Shown piece by piece: positions 9,274 through 19,441 of a DNA stretch of 64,000 nucleotides. Origin of the DNA: Ignavibacteria bacterium UBA2333 (lineage in GTDB: Bacteria; Bacteroidota; Ignavibacteria; Kapaibacteriales; Kapaibacteriaceae); the NCBI GenBank assembly GCA_002344895.1, contig DDUR01000061.1, positions 125,569 through 189,568 of the forward strand, given 5' to 3'. A program made the position numbers and the translations under genes. The notes under the pieces are model-generated. The model was not told where the DNA came from and searched no databases. It was given only the letters and a program-made list of their open reading frames with translations. The first letter of the stretch is position 1, and each line of letters begins with the position of its first letter.

Positions 9274-10527
9274 CTATGCCACCATTTCTCCACGCACATA
9301 CACTCCCAGGACATGGTTCACACCAAAGTGATAGACGATATCGGCATACGTAGGAACATCATATAGCACCATGTCTGCCTCTTTGCCAACATCAATGCTG
9401 CCTACACGATCGTGAACACGCAGGGCGGCTGCACCGTGAAGTGTTGCGGCAACAATGGCCTCCTCTATCGACATTCCGAGGGTCATACATGCAAGGGAGA
9501 GAACGTTTTGCATGTTTTCAGAAAGGCATGATCCTGGATTACAATCTGTTGCCAGGGCCACAATGGCTCCACGATCAATCATCATACGTGCATTCGGCGG
9601 TGGCAGACGCAGGGTATATGCTGTACCTGGCAGAAGTGTACAAACGACTCCTGCGTCACGAAGAGCGTCAACATCTGCCTCGGTCGTATACTCAAGATGA
9701 TCTGCACTCACACAACCAAGCCGAGCGGCCATATTCGACGCTCCGATGGCGGCAATTTCATCGGCATGCACCTTGAGGCCAAGTCCATATCCAGATGCGG
9801 CCTGGAGGATGATTTCTGACTGCTCAACGGAAAAGAAACCTTTATCCGTGAAGACGTCACAAAATGACAGTACGTCGATATCCGCAACGGCCGGCAACAT
9901 ATCGTCAACAATATGTCGAACGTAGTCATCGGGAGAAGATCGGAACTCCGGGGGCACGTCGTGCGCCGCCATAAAGGTTGAAACGAGGCGGATATCAACT
10001 TCTCGAGCCACCTCTACCGCAGCATTGAGCAGCTTTACTTCGCTTTCAAGGTTTAAACCATATCCCGACTTAACCTCAATAAACGTTGTACCGTGTTCGA
10101 GAGCACGCTGTGCATGTTGTGTTGCAACGTGAACGATTTCGTCGGCCGAGGCCTCTCGCACGGCGCGCATCGTGGTGAGGATTCCTCCGCCCTCTGCAGC
10201 TATTGTGGTATACGGCACCCCGGAGAGCCTGCGTGCAAACTCGTGGGCGCGTGACCCAGCATAGACGATATGCGTGTGAGAGTCCACAAATCCCGGAAGA
10301 ACTGTCAACCCACTGCAGTCGTCGAGTTGAAGTTCTTCTGGTGCAATACCAAGACTCGAACAAGCATCAGCGAATTCAGTCATCGGACCACGCCAGCGGA
10401 TTACGTCATCAAAAATGACAGCTCCGTCGCGAATCTCACCAAGGTCACGCATTGATGACCCCGTCTTTGCGCGTTTCCCATCACTCGCAACTGTTACAAG
10501 GCTTGAAATATTGATCAGTGCTTTCAA
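9274..10527 (-). CDS. hutI: Imidazolonepropionase (amidohydrolase superfamily).
   Basis: The sequence DSHTHIVYAGSRAHEFARRLSGVPYTTIAAEGGGILTTMRAVREAS matches the HutI metal-binding and signature region. The length is 417 aa. Confidence 0.8.
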   Translation of the reverse strand: MKALINISSLVTVASDGKRAKTGSSMRDLGEIRDGAVIFDDVIRWRGPMTEFADACSSLGIAPEELQLDDCSGLTVLPGFVDSHTHIVYAGSRAHEFARRLSGVPYTTIAAEGGGILTTMRAVREASADEIVHVATQHAQRALEHGTTFIEVKSGYGLNLESEVKLLNAAVEVAREVDIRLVSTFMAAHDVPPEFRSSPDDYVRHIVDDMLPAVADIDVLSFCDVFTDKGFFSVEQSEIILQAASGYGLGLKVHADEIAAIGASNMAARLGCVSADHLEYTTEADVDALRDAGVVCTLLPGTAYTLRLPPPNARMMIDRGAIVALATDCNPGSCLSENMQNVLSLACMTLGMSIEEAIVAATLHGAAALRVHDRVGSIDVGKEADMVLYDVPTYADIVYHFGVNHVLGVYVRGEMVA

Positions 10528-10820
10528 CGATGTTCCCTTCGAGTACGAGCCTTTTGTAGTTGTCGTTCGATAATCAGATCGGCCAGCAGATCAGGCACGT
10601 CAGGAGGAATGGCTGTCGTAAAGATCTCATTCACACGCTGTTCCTGGACATCAATACGATACAGCGCAGCCATTAACCGCTCAGGATTTGACGTCAGGAG
10701 TTGAATGATTCTGTTCACAAGTGCGGCTCGAACGGCCTCGAGTGATTCAACTTCGTCAAGATCAAAGGTCAGAGAAATTTTCTCTGCAGCACTTCGCGCT
10801 AGTTCATCGTCAGATGACAT
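10524..10820 (-). CDS. Hypothetical small acidic protein of 98 aa.
   Basis: The ORF sits between hutI and the guanylyltransferase gene with 4-nt overlaps on both sides. I recognise no motif. Confidence 0.3.
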   Translation of the reverse strand: MSSDDELARSAAEKISLTFDLDEVESLEAVRAALVNRIIQLLTSNPERLMAALYRIDVQEQRVNEIFTTAIPPDVPDLLADLIIERQLQKARTRREHR

Positions 10821-11937
10821 CTTCTCGTCCGGATTCTCGTAGCAGAGTCACAAGCTTCTTCACGTCCTGTGCACGATCCTTGCTGCAGATCATCGTTGCG
10901 TCCTGTGTTGACACAACAACAACATTCTCCATACCTAGTGTGGTAACAACATGGCCATCATCTCGTGTATTGACGATAATGGACGACGACGTGTCAATGG
11001 TATACACATCACCTTGTATGACGTTCATTGACTCATCCTGTTCACGCAGGCGATCCATTGCATCCCACGAACCCACATCGTCCCACGGAAACGTGGCCGG
11101 AACAACAACAACATTTTCTGCTTGTTCCATCACGCCATAGTCGATGCTGACGTCCGGTAACGACTCAAACGTCGATCGTACGGATTCCGTTATACCTTGA
11201 GATGTTGCAGCAGTGTGAAAATTCCCGGCAAGGATGGCGTCGCGCATCGTGTGATGGGCCGTACCAACGACTGGCAGCGACTTCATCATTGCCGCGTTGA
11301 GTGACTCGGTTGACCAGAAGAACATGCCGGAGTTCCAGAGATATCTACCACTCACGACGTAGTCAAGAGCAACGTCACGCTCGGGTTTTTCGCGGAAGGA
11401 CATAACCTTCATCGGACGCCCCGCCTCAAGAGCGCTGTGTGCGGCGACTTCGATATATCCATAACCTGTTTCTGGTCGTGTAGGCCGGATACCCAACGTT
11501 ACAAGTACGGCGTCATGCTCTGCCGCTGCTAATGCAGTGGTAACATTCTCCCGAAATGCGTCAACATCTCCGATAAAGTGGTCAGCCGTGAGGACGGCCA
11601 TGGTAGCCCCGTTTGCGCCTTTCCCGAACTCGCGTGCATCAATAACAGCGGCAGCAAGGGCAAGACAGGGTGCTGTATTTCGCTTGGCAGGTTCTGCGAT
11701 CACGTTTGCTGGAGGTAGAGCCGGTACACCGGCAATAATGGCCTCTCGCAATACTTCGGACGTGATAACGAGAATTCTTTCTGCTGGTACAAGTGGTGCG
11801 ATACGCTGAATTGCTTCGTCGAGCATCGTCAGTGAAGGCGATGTTAAACGTAACAACTGTTTTGGATGCTGTTTTCTGCTCCATGGCCAAAAACGCTCAC
11901 CGGATCCTCCAGCCATGATGACAACGTACGGCGTCAT
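10810..11937 (-). CDS. Mannose-1-phosphate guanylyltransferase (GDP-mannose pyrophosphorylase).
   Basis: The N-terminal nucleotidyltransferase motif MAGGSGERFWPWSR...PKQLL is present. The length is about 375 aa. Confidence 0.8.
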   Translation of the reverse strand: MTPYVVIMAGGSGERFWPWSRKQHPKQLLRLTSPSLTMLDEAIQRIAPLVPAERILVITSEVLREAIIAGVPALPPANVIAEPAKRNTAPCLALAAAVIDAREFGKGANGATMAVLTADHFIGDVDAFRENVTTALAAAEHDAVLVTLGIRPTRPETGYGYIEVAAHSALEAGRPMKVMSFREKPERDVALDYVVSGRYLWNSGMFFWSTESLNAAMMKSLPVVGTAHHTMRDAILAGNFHTAATSQGITESVRSTFESLPDVSIDYGVMEQAENVVVVPATFPWDDVGSWDAMDRLREQDESMNVIQGDVYTIDTSSSIIVNTRDDGHVVTTLGMENVVVVSTQDATMICSKDRAQDVKKLVTLLRESGREDVI

Positions 11938-12911
11938 TGAAGGACCTCAAGAATCTGAACAGCATTTGTAGCAGCACCCTTACGGAGATTATCAGCAACA
12001 ACCCATAACAACATACCTCGTTCTACCGAAGGATCACGACGCAGTCGACCTACATAGACAGGATCTGTGGATGCTGCCTGCACGGGTGTCGGATAGACGT
12101 CGTGTGATGGATCATCAAGTACGACGATGCCTGGTGACGACGTCAAGAGTGATCGGACGTCGGAGATCGTAAAGTCGCGAATCGTTTCCACGGCAACACT
12201 CTCGGAGTGCGCTCCCAACACTGGCACACGTACGCATGTAACCACGATCGGAAGTGAATCGAGGTGAAGGATTCGGCGCGTTTCTCGCATCATCTTGACC
12301 TCTTCTTCCGACCATTCAGAAGATTCAGGGAAGGAGTGGAAGACTGTATTGTAGGCTAGCGGATGTGAAGAAATCCGCGATTCTGCAACACGTCCGGCAA
12401 GCTCTGCTTGCAGATGATCAACACCTTTCTGGCCAGCTCCGCTCACACTTTGATACGTACTCACAACAACGCGACGAAGACCGTATTCATCGTGTAACGG
12501 TTTGAGAGCCACAACAAGTTGAATTGTTGAGCAATTGGGATTTGCGATAATGCCCTTGGGTCGATTGTGAACATCTGCGGCATTCACCTCCGGAACCACA
12601 AGGGGTACATCCGGATCCATTCTCCAAGCGCTCGAGTTGTCAATGACCACACAGCCACGCGATGCAGCTATTGGTGCCCAGTGTTTACTTGCGACTCCTC
12701 CGGCGCTGAACAATGCCACGTCAACACCGTCAAAGGCTTGCTCAGTGATCTCGGCAACAGTCACATTGTCACCTTTCCATGGGACAACGGAACCGGCAGA
12801 CCTTGCTGAGGCAAGCATGCGGATTTCAGAAACGGGAACCTGTCGTTCCTCAAGGACTCGTGCCATTGTGCGGCCAACAAGGCCGGTGGCACCAACGATA
12901 GCGACAACCAT
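11934..12911 (-). CDS. asd: Aspartate-semialdehyde dehydrogenase.
   Basis: The sequences MVVAIVGATGLVGRTM... and ...NCSTIQLVVALKPL... are present, with the active-site Cys in the NCSTI context. I placed the start at the internal Met that precedes the Rossmann motif. Confidence 0.85.
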   Translation of the reverse strand: MVVAIVGATGLVGRTMARVLEERQVPVSEIRMLASARSAGSVVPWKGDNVTVAEITEQAFDGVDVALFSAGGVASKHWAPIAASRGCVVIDNSSAWRMDPDVPLVVPEVNAADVHNRPKGIIANPNCSTIQLVVALKPLHDEYGLRRVVVSTYQSVSGAGQKGVDHLQAELAGRVAESRISSHPLAYNTVFHSFPESSEWSEEEVKMMRETRRILHLDSLPIVVTCVRVPVLGAHSESVAVETIRDFTISDVRSLLTSSPGIVVLDDPSHDVYPTPVQAASTDPVYVGRLRRDPSVERGMLLWVVADNLRKGAATNAVQILEVLQ

Positions 12912-12939
12912 TCTGCGAAGATCGGAATTCTCCCGGCCA

Positions 12940-13677
12940 ATGAACCTATTTTCGCAGATGTTCCGCTCCACACATCAGATCTGCATCGTCTTCTTGATTA
13001 TCGTTCTGAACGGCATTCCGCTGCAGGCACAATCATGTGAAGACCTCCCCTGGGATCCTGCCCTCGTGCGATCATGGAATGGTGTAGGAGGTCCGGCCTT
13101 GCTCACGACATCAAAGGTGGCATCTGATGCTTTGTTGCCGCTTGCCATAGGTGTGCCGGTAACGCTAACGGTCTTGGGTCACATCGAAGGTATTGGCACA
13201 CAAGCGGAGCGTCGCAAACTCAGCGAAACAGGACTCCAGAGTTTTGTCACCATGGGTATTACCTACGGCTCAGTTGTTGTGCTCAAACACGTGTTTGATC
13301 GCGAGAGACCGTATCAGGCCTATCCCAACTGTATCAAGAACTACCGCTCCGATGCTGATGGCTCCTTCCCCTCCGGACATTCGGCGGGATCAGCCGCTTT
13401 GGCAACAACACTCTCACTACGTTATCCAACGTGGTACGTTATTGGCCCATCCGTGGCCTATGCTTTGTACACGGGATTCAGTCGGATCCACCTCGGAATG
13501 CACCACCTGACAGACGTTGTAGCTGGATATGCACTCGGATCAGGCATTGCTGTGGTTGTCCACGTCTTGTCGGAAGAACTCTTCGACTTGGCTGACCCAC
13601 TCTTACCGTCGGACACACAACCAGGAGCGATGATCGTTCCGCAGACGAACGTGTTCTCAATCTCCATTCCCTTCTAG
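12940..13677 (+). CDS. PAP2-family phosphatase (phosphatidic-acid-phosphatase type 2 / undecaprenyl-diphosphatase-like), membrane-bound.
   Basis: Three PAP2 motifs are present: KHVFDRERP, PSGHS and SRIHLGMHHLTDV. The start at Met 'MNLFSQMF' was chosen because the longer ORF overlaps asd on the opposite strand. Confidence 0.75.
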   Translation: MNLFSQMFRSTHQICIVFLIIVLNGIPLQAQSCEDLPWDPALVRSWNGVGGPALLTTSKVASDALLPLAIGVPVTLTVLGHIEGIGTQAERRKLSETGLQSFVTMGITYGSVVVLKHVFDRERPYQAYPNCIKNYRSDADGSFPSGHSAGSAALATTLSLRYPTWYVIGPSVAYALYTGFSRIHLGMHHLTDVVAGYALGSGIAVVVHVLSEELFDLADPLLPSDTQPGAMIVPQTNVFSISIPF

Positions 13678-13679
13678 GC

Positions 13680-14465
13680 ATGAAGCTCGCCGTTGTCCAG
13701 TACAGTCCGATACGCGGTGATGTAACGCATAACATCGCTGCGATTGTTGACCACATTCGCGCGACAGATGCAAACGTTATCGTGTTCCCCGAATTGGCCA
13801 CAAGTGGATACTTCTTCTACGACACGGCATCTGCGCGGCCATTTGCACGCCATGCCGAAGAGCTCGAGGAAATCATCGCAGCAGCTAAAACAGCACGACG
13901 AACCGTTGTCTGCGGATTTCTGGAAGGGGGCAAACGGGGCCCGCTCTATAACTCCGCACTCATTGCTTTGTCGGACGGAGCAACAATGGTCTATCGGAAA
14001 ACACATCGTTTTTATCGTGAAGTTGATGTGTTTGCTCCAGGAGATACCGGATTCTTTGTGATTGACCTGCCCGACGTGGATTGTCGTCTTGGCACAATGA
14101 TCTGTTATGACTGGAGATTCCCGGAGAGCGCTCGCACGCTGGCACTTAAAGGTGCTGACGTTATCGCCTGTCCTTCCAACCTTGTGACACACATCTGGCG
14201 CACGGCAATGCCTGTACGAGCTCTTGAAAACAAGGTATGGCTTGCCGTAGCCAACCGAAGTGGAGAAGAAACAGTTTCGAATGAAACGGTTCGGTTTAAT
14301 GGCGATAGTGTTATCTATACGCCAGCTGGGGCCGTGGCTGCATCGTGTGGACCAACTCAGGATGAAACGATCATTGTTGATATTGATCCCCTGGCAACAC
14401 GAGACAAACATTTTAACACTTACAACGACATTTTCGCCGACCGGCGACCGGACATGTACGCATGA
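13680..14465 (+). CDS. Carbon-nitrogen hydrolase family protein (nitrilase superfamily).
   Basis: The Glu-Lys-Cys triad contexts are present: FPELATSGY, YRKTHRF and MICYDWRFPE. Confidence 0.8.
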   Translation: MKLAVVQYSPIRGDVTHNIAAIVDHIRATDANVIVFPELATSGYFFYDTASARPFARHAEELEEIIAAAKTARRTVVCGFLEGGKRGPLYNSALIALSDGATMVYRKTHRFYREVDVFAPGDTGFFVIDLPDVDCRLGTMICYDWRFPESARTLALKGADVIACPSNLVTHIWRTAMPVRALENKVWLAVANRSGEETVSNETVRFNGDSVIYTPAGAVAASCGPTQDETIIVDIDPLATRDKHFNTYNDIFADRRPDMYA

Positions 14466-15829
14466 CATTTAGCACCATCAATCGCATCCACTTTGTTGGT
14501 ATCGGTGGTATCGGCATGAGCGGAATTGCCGAAATCCTCATCACACAAGGATTTTTAATCTCAGGATCTGATCTGCATCGCAGTGACGTCACCGACTACC
14601 TTGAGCAACGTGGAGCTCGTATTACGATTGGCCACGACGCAGCGCATATAGAGGATGCAGAACTTGTTGTGTACTCCAGTGCAGTTCGGGTAGACGACAA
14701 TGTTGAGACGAAGGCTGCAAAAGAACGTGGCATTCCTCTTATCAGACGTGCTGAAATGTTAAGTGAGGTATCCCGGCTTAAATACACACTTGCTATTGCG
14801 GGGACCCATGGGAAAACGACAACGACGTCTATGTGCGGCCTTGTGCTGATGAAGGCGGGACTCGATCCAACGGTGATCGTTGGCGGGCGTCTTAAGGGAC
14901 TCGGCGGTACAAATGCGCGCCTCGGAACGGGTGAGTGGATTGTCCTTGAAGCTGATGAATATGACCGATCATTCTTGCAGCTCCTTCCAACGATTGCCGT
15001 CATAACAAACGTTGAGGCCGATCACCTGGACATCTACACGGACCTTGACGACATACGCGGAGCGTTTTGCGAGTTCGCTGACAAGGTACCGTTCTACGGA
15101 GTGACGGCCATTTGTCTGGATGACGCAGGAGTACGTAGTATTCTGCCGAATCTGTTCAAGCGGACCTCAACATTTGGATTGTCGCCTCAGTGTGGGACAC
15201 GGGCCATCAACGTACGGAATCACGAACGATCCACGACATTTACCCTCGTCCACCACGATCAGGAACTGGGTGACATCACGTTAAATGTCCCGGGTGACCA
15301 TAACATTCGCAACGCTCTCGCAGCATGTTGTGTGGCACTCCAGCTCAACATTCCATTTTCAGCAATCAAGGATGGCCTTGAGGAGTTTACAGGTGTTGAT
15401 CGTCGCTTTGAGATACGCGGAGAGTCTGATGGAATCCTCTTTGTCGATGACTACGCCCATCATCCTACGGAAGTGCGTGCTACACTCGCTGCGGCACGAA
15501 AAGGGTGGGATCGGCGAATCGTAGCTGTTTTTCAGCCCCATACCTTTACGCGCACACGAGACTTTGTCGAAGAATTCGCCACCTCATTTGATGATGCCGA
15601 TATCGTGATAATTACCGACGTCTATGCGGCTCGCGAAAAGCCAATCGAGGGGGTAACCGGTGAGATTGTCGCTGAAGCAGCACGACGGGCCGGTCACCGT
15701 AATGTGCACTATGCAGCAGATCTTCACGTCGCAACGTCGTCCGTCCGCCAACTTAGCCGTCCTGGCGACGTCGTAATCACCCTTGGTGCTGGTGACGTAT
15801 GGAAGGTAGGGCGCGCTTTCGTGGACTGA
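14462..15829 (+). CDS. murC: UDP-N-acetylmuramate--L-alanine ligase.
   Basis: The sequences IHFVGIGGIGMSGIAEIL and GTHGKTTTTSM (Mur ligase P-loop) are present. The length is 455 aa. Confidence 0.9.
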   Translation: MTFSTINRIHFVGIGGIGMSGIAEILITQGFLISGSDLHRSDVTDYLEQRGARITIGHDAAHIEDAELVVYSSAVRVDDNVETKAAKERGIPLIRRAEMLSEVSRLKYTLAIAGTHGKTTTTSMCGLVLMKAGLDPTVIVGGRLKGLGGTNARLGTGEWIVLEADEYDRSFLQLLPTIAVITNVEADHLDIYTDLDDIRGAFCEFADKVPFYGVTAICLDDAGVRSILPNLFKRTSTFGLSPQCGTRAINVRNHERSTTFTLVHHDQELGDITLNVPGDHNIRNALAACCVALQLNIPFSAIKDGLEEFTGVDRRFEIRGESDGILFVDDYAHHPTEVRATLAAARKGWDRRIVAVFQPHTFTRTRDFVEEFATSFDDADIVIITDVYAAREKPIEGVTGEIVAEAARRAGHRNVHYAADLHVATSSVRQLSRPGDVVITLGAGDVWKVGRAFVD

Positions 15830-15920
15830 CACAGGCCTCTACTGCCTATTTTTGTCGTTCGTCGCGTCAGAGTGACGCATTCATCCCGTCCGTCCAACCA
15901 TGTCATGACCTTTTGGAGCC

Positions 15921-18080
15921 ATGATGCAGATGTTCCGTGCGATCGGTCTTCTACTCCTTTGTTCAATCACTCTTGCCAGTCCAGCACACGCCCAGAAGGG
16001 TAAGGCTAAGCCCAAGGCACCATCAAAAGCTACGTCTACGGCCTCGGCTGGTACGACTTCAGCCGGTGGATACTATAACGGGACTGTACTTGCCACCGTC
16101 GGGGGCGAAAAAGTGCTCTACGAAGATGTTGAGCGTGCATTTCAGAAGAACCTATCGCGGCGAGATACTCCTTTTTCGAAGGTCCCTCGCGATACAGCAC
16201 TTGAGTTTCTTCAGTTGTACACGAATTACCGACTGAAGGTAGCGAGTGCGCGTGAACGCGGTGTCGACAAAGATCCTGCCGTTGCACAAGACATTGCAAA
16301 CAACCGCAAACTGCTGTCGGAGACATTCTTTTTCGACAAGGCCGTTGCCGACGCACGTGTAGCTGAGCTTACACGTCGCCGTACACGCGAAATGAGGGTA
16401 GCCATCATTCTCTGTGCAGTAACACCAAAAGGTGCGTCACAGTGGGATTCCGTTGCCAGCCTCAACAAGGCTATGGCCGTTGTTCAGCTTTTAAACAGTG
16501 GTACAGACTTCGAGAAACTCGCTCGCGATTCATCCGATGACAAAGAGACAGGTGCTAATGGCGGTGTACTGCCATGGTTATCAGGTGGCACCATCATCAA
16601 GGTTGTCGAAGACGAAGCCTATGAAGTTCCCATCGGATCATATTCAAAGAAGCCAGTTCATTCACGCTTCGGCTACTTCATTGTAAAAGTCCTTGATTCG
16701 CAACCTCGGCAGGTTGTGAAGTTCCGTCATATTCTTCTTACGCCTTCAGATACGCGCGACAGTGTCGCCACAATCGCCCTGGCTGACTCGCTGATCTCGA
16801 TTCTGCGTATGCCTCCAGCGAAACAGGCTTCGGCCTTGTCGGCACGAGGCATATCTATGAAGGAGGATGCATTTACGGAACTGGCAAAGGCCTACTCCGA
16901 TGACAAAGCGTCTGCACCAAAGGGAGGATTTCTCGGATCTGCCTATTCGCGTTCCGGAGGCTTGGAGTCTGGTGGAACACGACTCGTTCCTGCGTTCGAA
17001 GACGCAGTCTTTTTGCTGAAGGATGGCCAGGTTTCTAACAAGGTTCGCACGATCTACGGCTGGCACATCATCATCCGCGACAGCACACGACTTTCCGATG
17101 AGCAGATGGAACGTGACAATGCACGTCGTACGTATCGCCGACTCTATTATGAAGAGGACAAACGACGTATCCTGGATTCTCTTCGTAAGGCCTACGGATA
17201 TGGCTGGAATACGGCCACGTATGCGCAATTCCGGTCAAACGTTGACTCAACCAAGACCACACAAGACACAACATGGCTGGCAACTGTGCCTGCCGACATG
17301 ATGTCGAAGGTTCTCTATACAACACCTTCAGGGTCGTACACAGTAGCAATGTTTACGGACTCGCTCCGACGCCGTCTCGACATGCGTGGATACACACTTA
17401 ACACGGCAGGACTGGAACGCGCAGTCAACAAGATGACGGACAACGCTGTCATTGAACAGGCAACGGTCGGGCTGGAACGTAGATATCCTGAGTTTGATGC
17501 GCTGATGCGTGAGTTTAACGATGGAATCCTTCTGTTTAAGGTTGAAGAGCAGGAAGTGTGGAGCAAACTCAAGTTTGACACGACTGACGCTCGTGCCTAT
17601 CACGACACAACCAAGAGTCGATGGCTTACCGAAACAGGTTACATGATTTCCGAGATCTACTGTATCACTGACAAGGAAGCGAACGACGTCCGCAGTCAAC
17701 TCAATAGTGGTGCTGACTTTGCAACACTTGCAGCAGCACGTACACAACGCGAAGGTTTGCGCGAGAAACAAGGCAAGCTTGGCACGCTGTATCCAAAAAC
17801 GTCGAAGCTTGCCCAAATAGCCGCAGATTCTCAGGCCGTAGCAGGCAAGATTCTTGGCCCCGTTCCCTATGAGCGCGGTTTCTCGGTGTTACGTGTTGAC
17901 GGCATTGAACCACCACGTGTAAAGACCTTTGAAGAAGCACTTCCAGACCTTGCTCCTGCCTACCAGGATGCACTGCAGAAAAGGCTTACAGAAACATGGC
18001 TGTCCGACGTACGCAAACGATTCCCTGTAACGATTGACGCATCGGCGATCGACAGGATCTACGGAAAGGCAAAGCGTTAA
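15921..18080 (+). CDS. Periplasmic peptidyl-prolyl cis-trans isomerase of the SurA/PpiD family (parvulin domains).
   Basis: There is a signal peptide (MMQMFRAIGLLLLCSITLASPAHAQ) and a Lys/Pro-rich linker. Parvulin signatures are present (FRHILLTPSD; ...GWHIIIRD...). Confidence 0.7.
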   Translation: MMQMFRAIGLLLLCSITLASPAHAQKGKAKPKAPSKATSTASAGTTSAGGYYNGTVLATVGGEKVLYEDVERAFQKNLSRRDTPFSKVPRDTALEFLQLYTNYRLKVASARERGVDKDPAVAQDIANNRKLLSETFFFDKAVADARVAELTRRRTREMRVAIILCAVTPKGASQWDSVASLNKAMAVVQLLNSGTDFEKLARDSSDDKETGANGGVLPWLSGGTIIKVVEDEAYEVPIGSYSKKPVHSRFGYFIVKVLDSQPRQVVKFRHILLTPSDTRDSVATIALADSLISILRMPPAKQASALSARGISMKEDAFTELAKAYSDDKASAPKGGFLGSAYSRSGGLESGGTRLVPAFEDAVFLLKDGQVSNKVRTIYGWHIIIRDSTRLSDEQMERDNARRTYRRLYYEEDKRRILDSLRKAYGYGWNTATYAQFRSNVDSTKTTQDTTWLATVPADMMSKVLYTTPSGSYTVAMFTDSLRRRLDMRGYTLNTAGLERAVNKMTDNAVIEQATVGLERRYPEFDALMREFNDGILLFKVEEQEVWSKLKFDTTDARAYHDTTKSRWLTETGYMISEIYCITDKEANDVRSQLNSGADFATLAAARTQREGLREKQGKLGTLYPKTSKLAQIAADSQAVAGKILGPVPYERGFSVLRVDGIEPPRVKTFEEALPDLAPAYQDALQKRLTETWLSDVRKRFPVTIDASAIDRIYGKAKR

Positions 18081-19378
18081 TGAAATGTCCGTCACGTCGC
18101 CCCTTTCGCGCCTTAACCCTCATCACACTCTTTGTGGGAGTGATGGGTGCGGCTCACGGTCAACCTGCGTTGGAACGTATCGTTGCCGTTGTCGGCAAAG
18201 AAATCGTCACGCAGTCCGACGTTGACGGTCAGATCGAGGTACTCCTTCAGCGAGACAAGTCGATACGGCGTGACGATCCTGCCGTACGGCAGGCCGTTCT
18301 CGACCAGCTCATAAACGAGCGTCTCATCATGACAAAGGCTCAGGAAGATTCGGTAGAGCCGAGCGAAGAAATGGTGACTGAGCGAATGGAGCAGCAGCTT
18401 GCATACTTCATTCAAATGTATGGTTCGGAGAAGCGCTTTGAAGATGTCTATGGCATGAGTATCGCTCGTATCCGTCGCGAATTCCGCGACGAGATTCGTA
18501 AGCAGCTCATGGTAAAGATGATGTTAGATCGGAAGTTCTCAGATGTAAAGGCGACACGCGGTGATGTTGAGAATTTCTTTAACCGCTTTCGCGACTCGTT
18601 GCCGACCATACCGCCACGTGTGGACCTGTACCACATTGTAAAGTATGTGAAGGCTTCTGATGAGCAACGACGAGAAGCGCTCGAACTTGCAGGGAAGATT
18701 CGTGACTCGATCGTTGCTGGTGCTCCGTTTGCCGACTTTGCACGGCGGTACTCCGGCGATCCCGGATCTGCCGCCAATGGTGGCGATCTTGGATTCGTTG
18801 AACGCGGAAAGTTTGTAACGGCTTTTGAGAATGCAGCCTTTGCTCTCGAACCGGGAGAGATATCACTGCCGATCGAAACACCGTTTGGATATCATGTTAT
18901 TCAACTTATTGGGAAGACAACGTCTGCAATCAATTGCCGGCACATTCTGTTAAAGGTGGGCCAGTCAGATGCTGATAAGGAAGCAGCGCAGGCAGCCTTA
19001 AAGGATATCAAAAAGCGCGTTGAAGGCGGAGAAGATTTTGAGAAGCTTGCGCGCGACCTGTCCGACGAACGTGAGTCTGCTGGTTTTGGCGGCGCAATGG
19101 GACAGATTGAGTTTGATCGTATGCCAGATGAACTGCGTTCAACGTTGATGAACATTCCAGACAAAGGTGTCAGCGATCCCCTACCCTACGTCGCAGACCC
19201 TACAAAGCCAGGATATCACGTTCTCTACAAGAAGGGTATACTTCCTGAACACAAGGCCACCCTCGAGTCTGATTACAAACTGCTCGAAACCATGGCGACA
19301 CGTGAGAAGCGTTCACGCCTTGAGCTCGACTTTGTAGAGGAACTGCGGAAGACGGTCTATTGGGAAGTTCGTAAGTAG
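18080..19378 (+). CDS. surA: Periplasmic chaperone/PPIase SurA.
   Basis: There is a signal peptide, followed by the SurA N-domain 'RIVAVVGKEIVTQSDVDGQIEVLLQ'. Parvulin signatures are present (CRHILLKVGQ; FGYHVIQL). Confidence 0.8.
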   Translation: MKCPSRRPFRALTLITLFVGVMGAAHGQPALERIVAVVGKEIVTQSDVDGQIEVLLQRDKSIRRDDPAVRQAVLDQLINERLIMTKAQEDSVEPSEEMVTERMEQQLAYFIQMYGSEKRFEDVYGMSIARIRREFRDEIRKQLMVKMMLDRKFSDVKATRGDVENFFNRFRDSLPTIPPRVDLYHIVKYVKASDEQRREALELAGKIRDSIVAGAPFADFARRYSGDPGSAANGGDLGFVERGKFVTAFENAAFALEPGEISLPIETPFGYHVIQLIGKTTSAINCRHILLKVGQSDADKEAAQAALKDIKKRVEGGEDFEKLARDLSDERESAGFGGAMGQIEFDRMPDELRSTLMNIPDKGVSDPLPYVADPTKPGYHVLYKKGILPEHKATLESDYKLLETMATREKRSRLELDFVEELRKTVYWEVRK

Positions 19379-19441
19379 GTCTGGAGCCGAGTCGTTGTAT
19401 ATCGTGCATTCGTACGATGTTCGTCAAGTCCGAGGACACGA

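Noticed and set aside
12637-12939. A long N-terminal extension of the PAP2 ORF, which would give 346 aa.
   Set aside because: The extension is antisense to the asd coding sequence and carries no PAP2 motifs. The Met at 12940 gives a typical PAP2 length.
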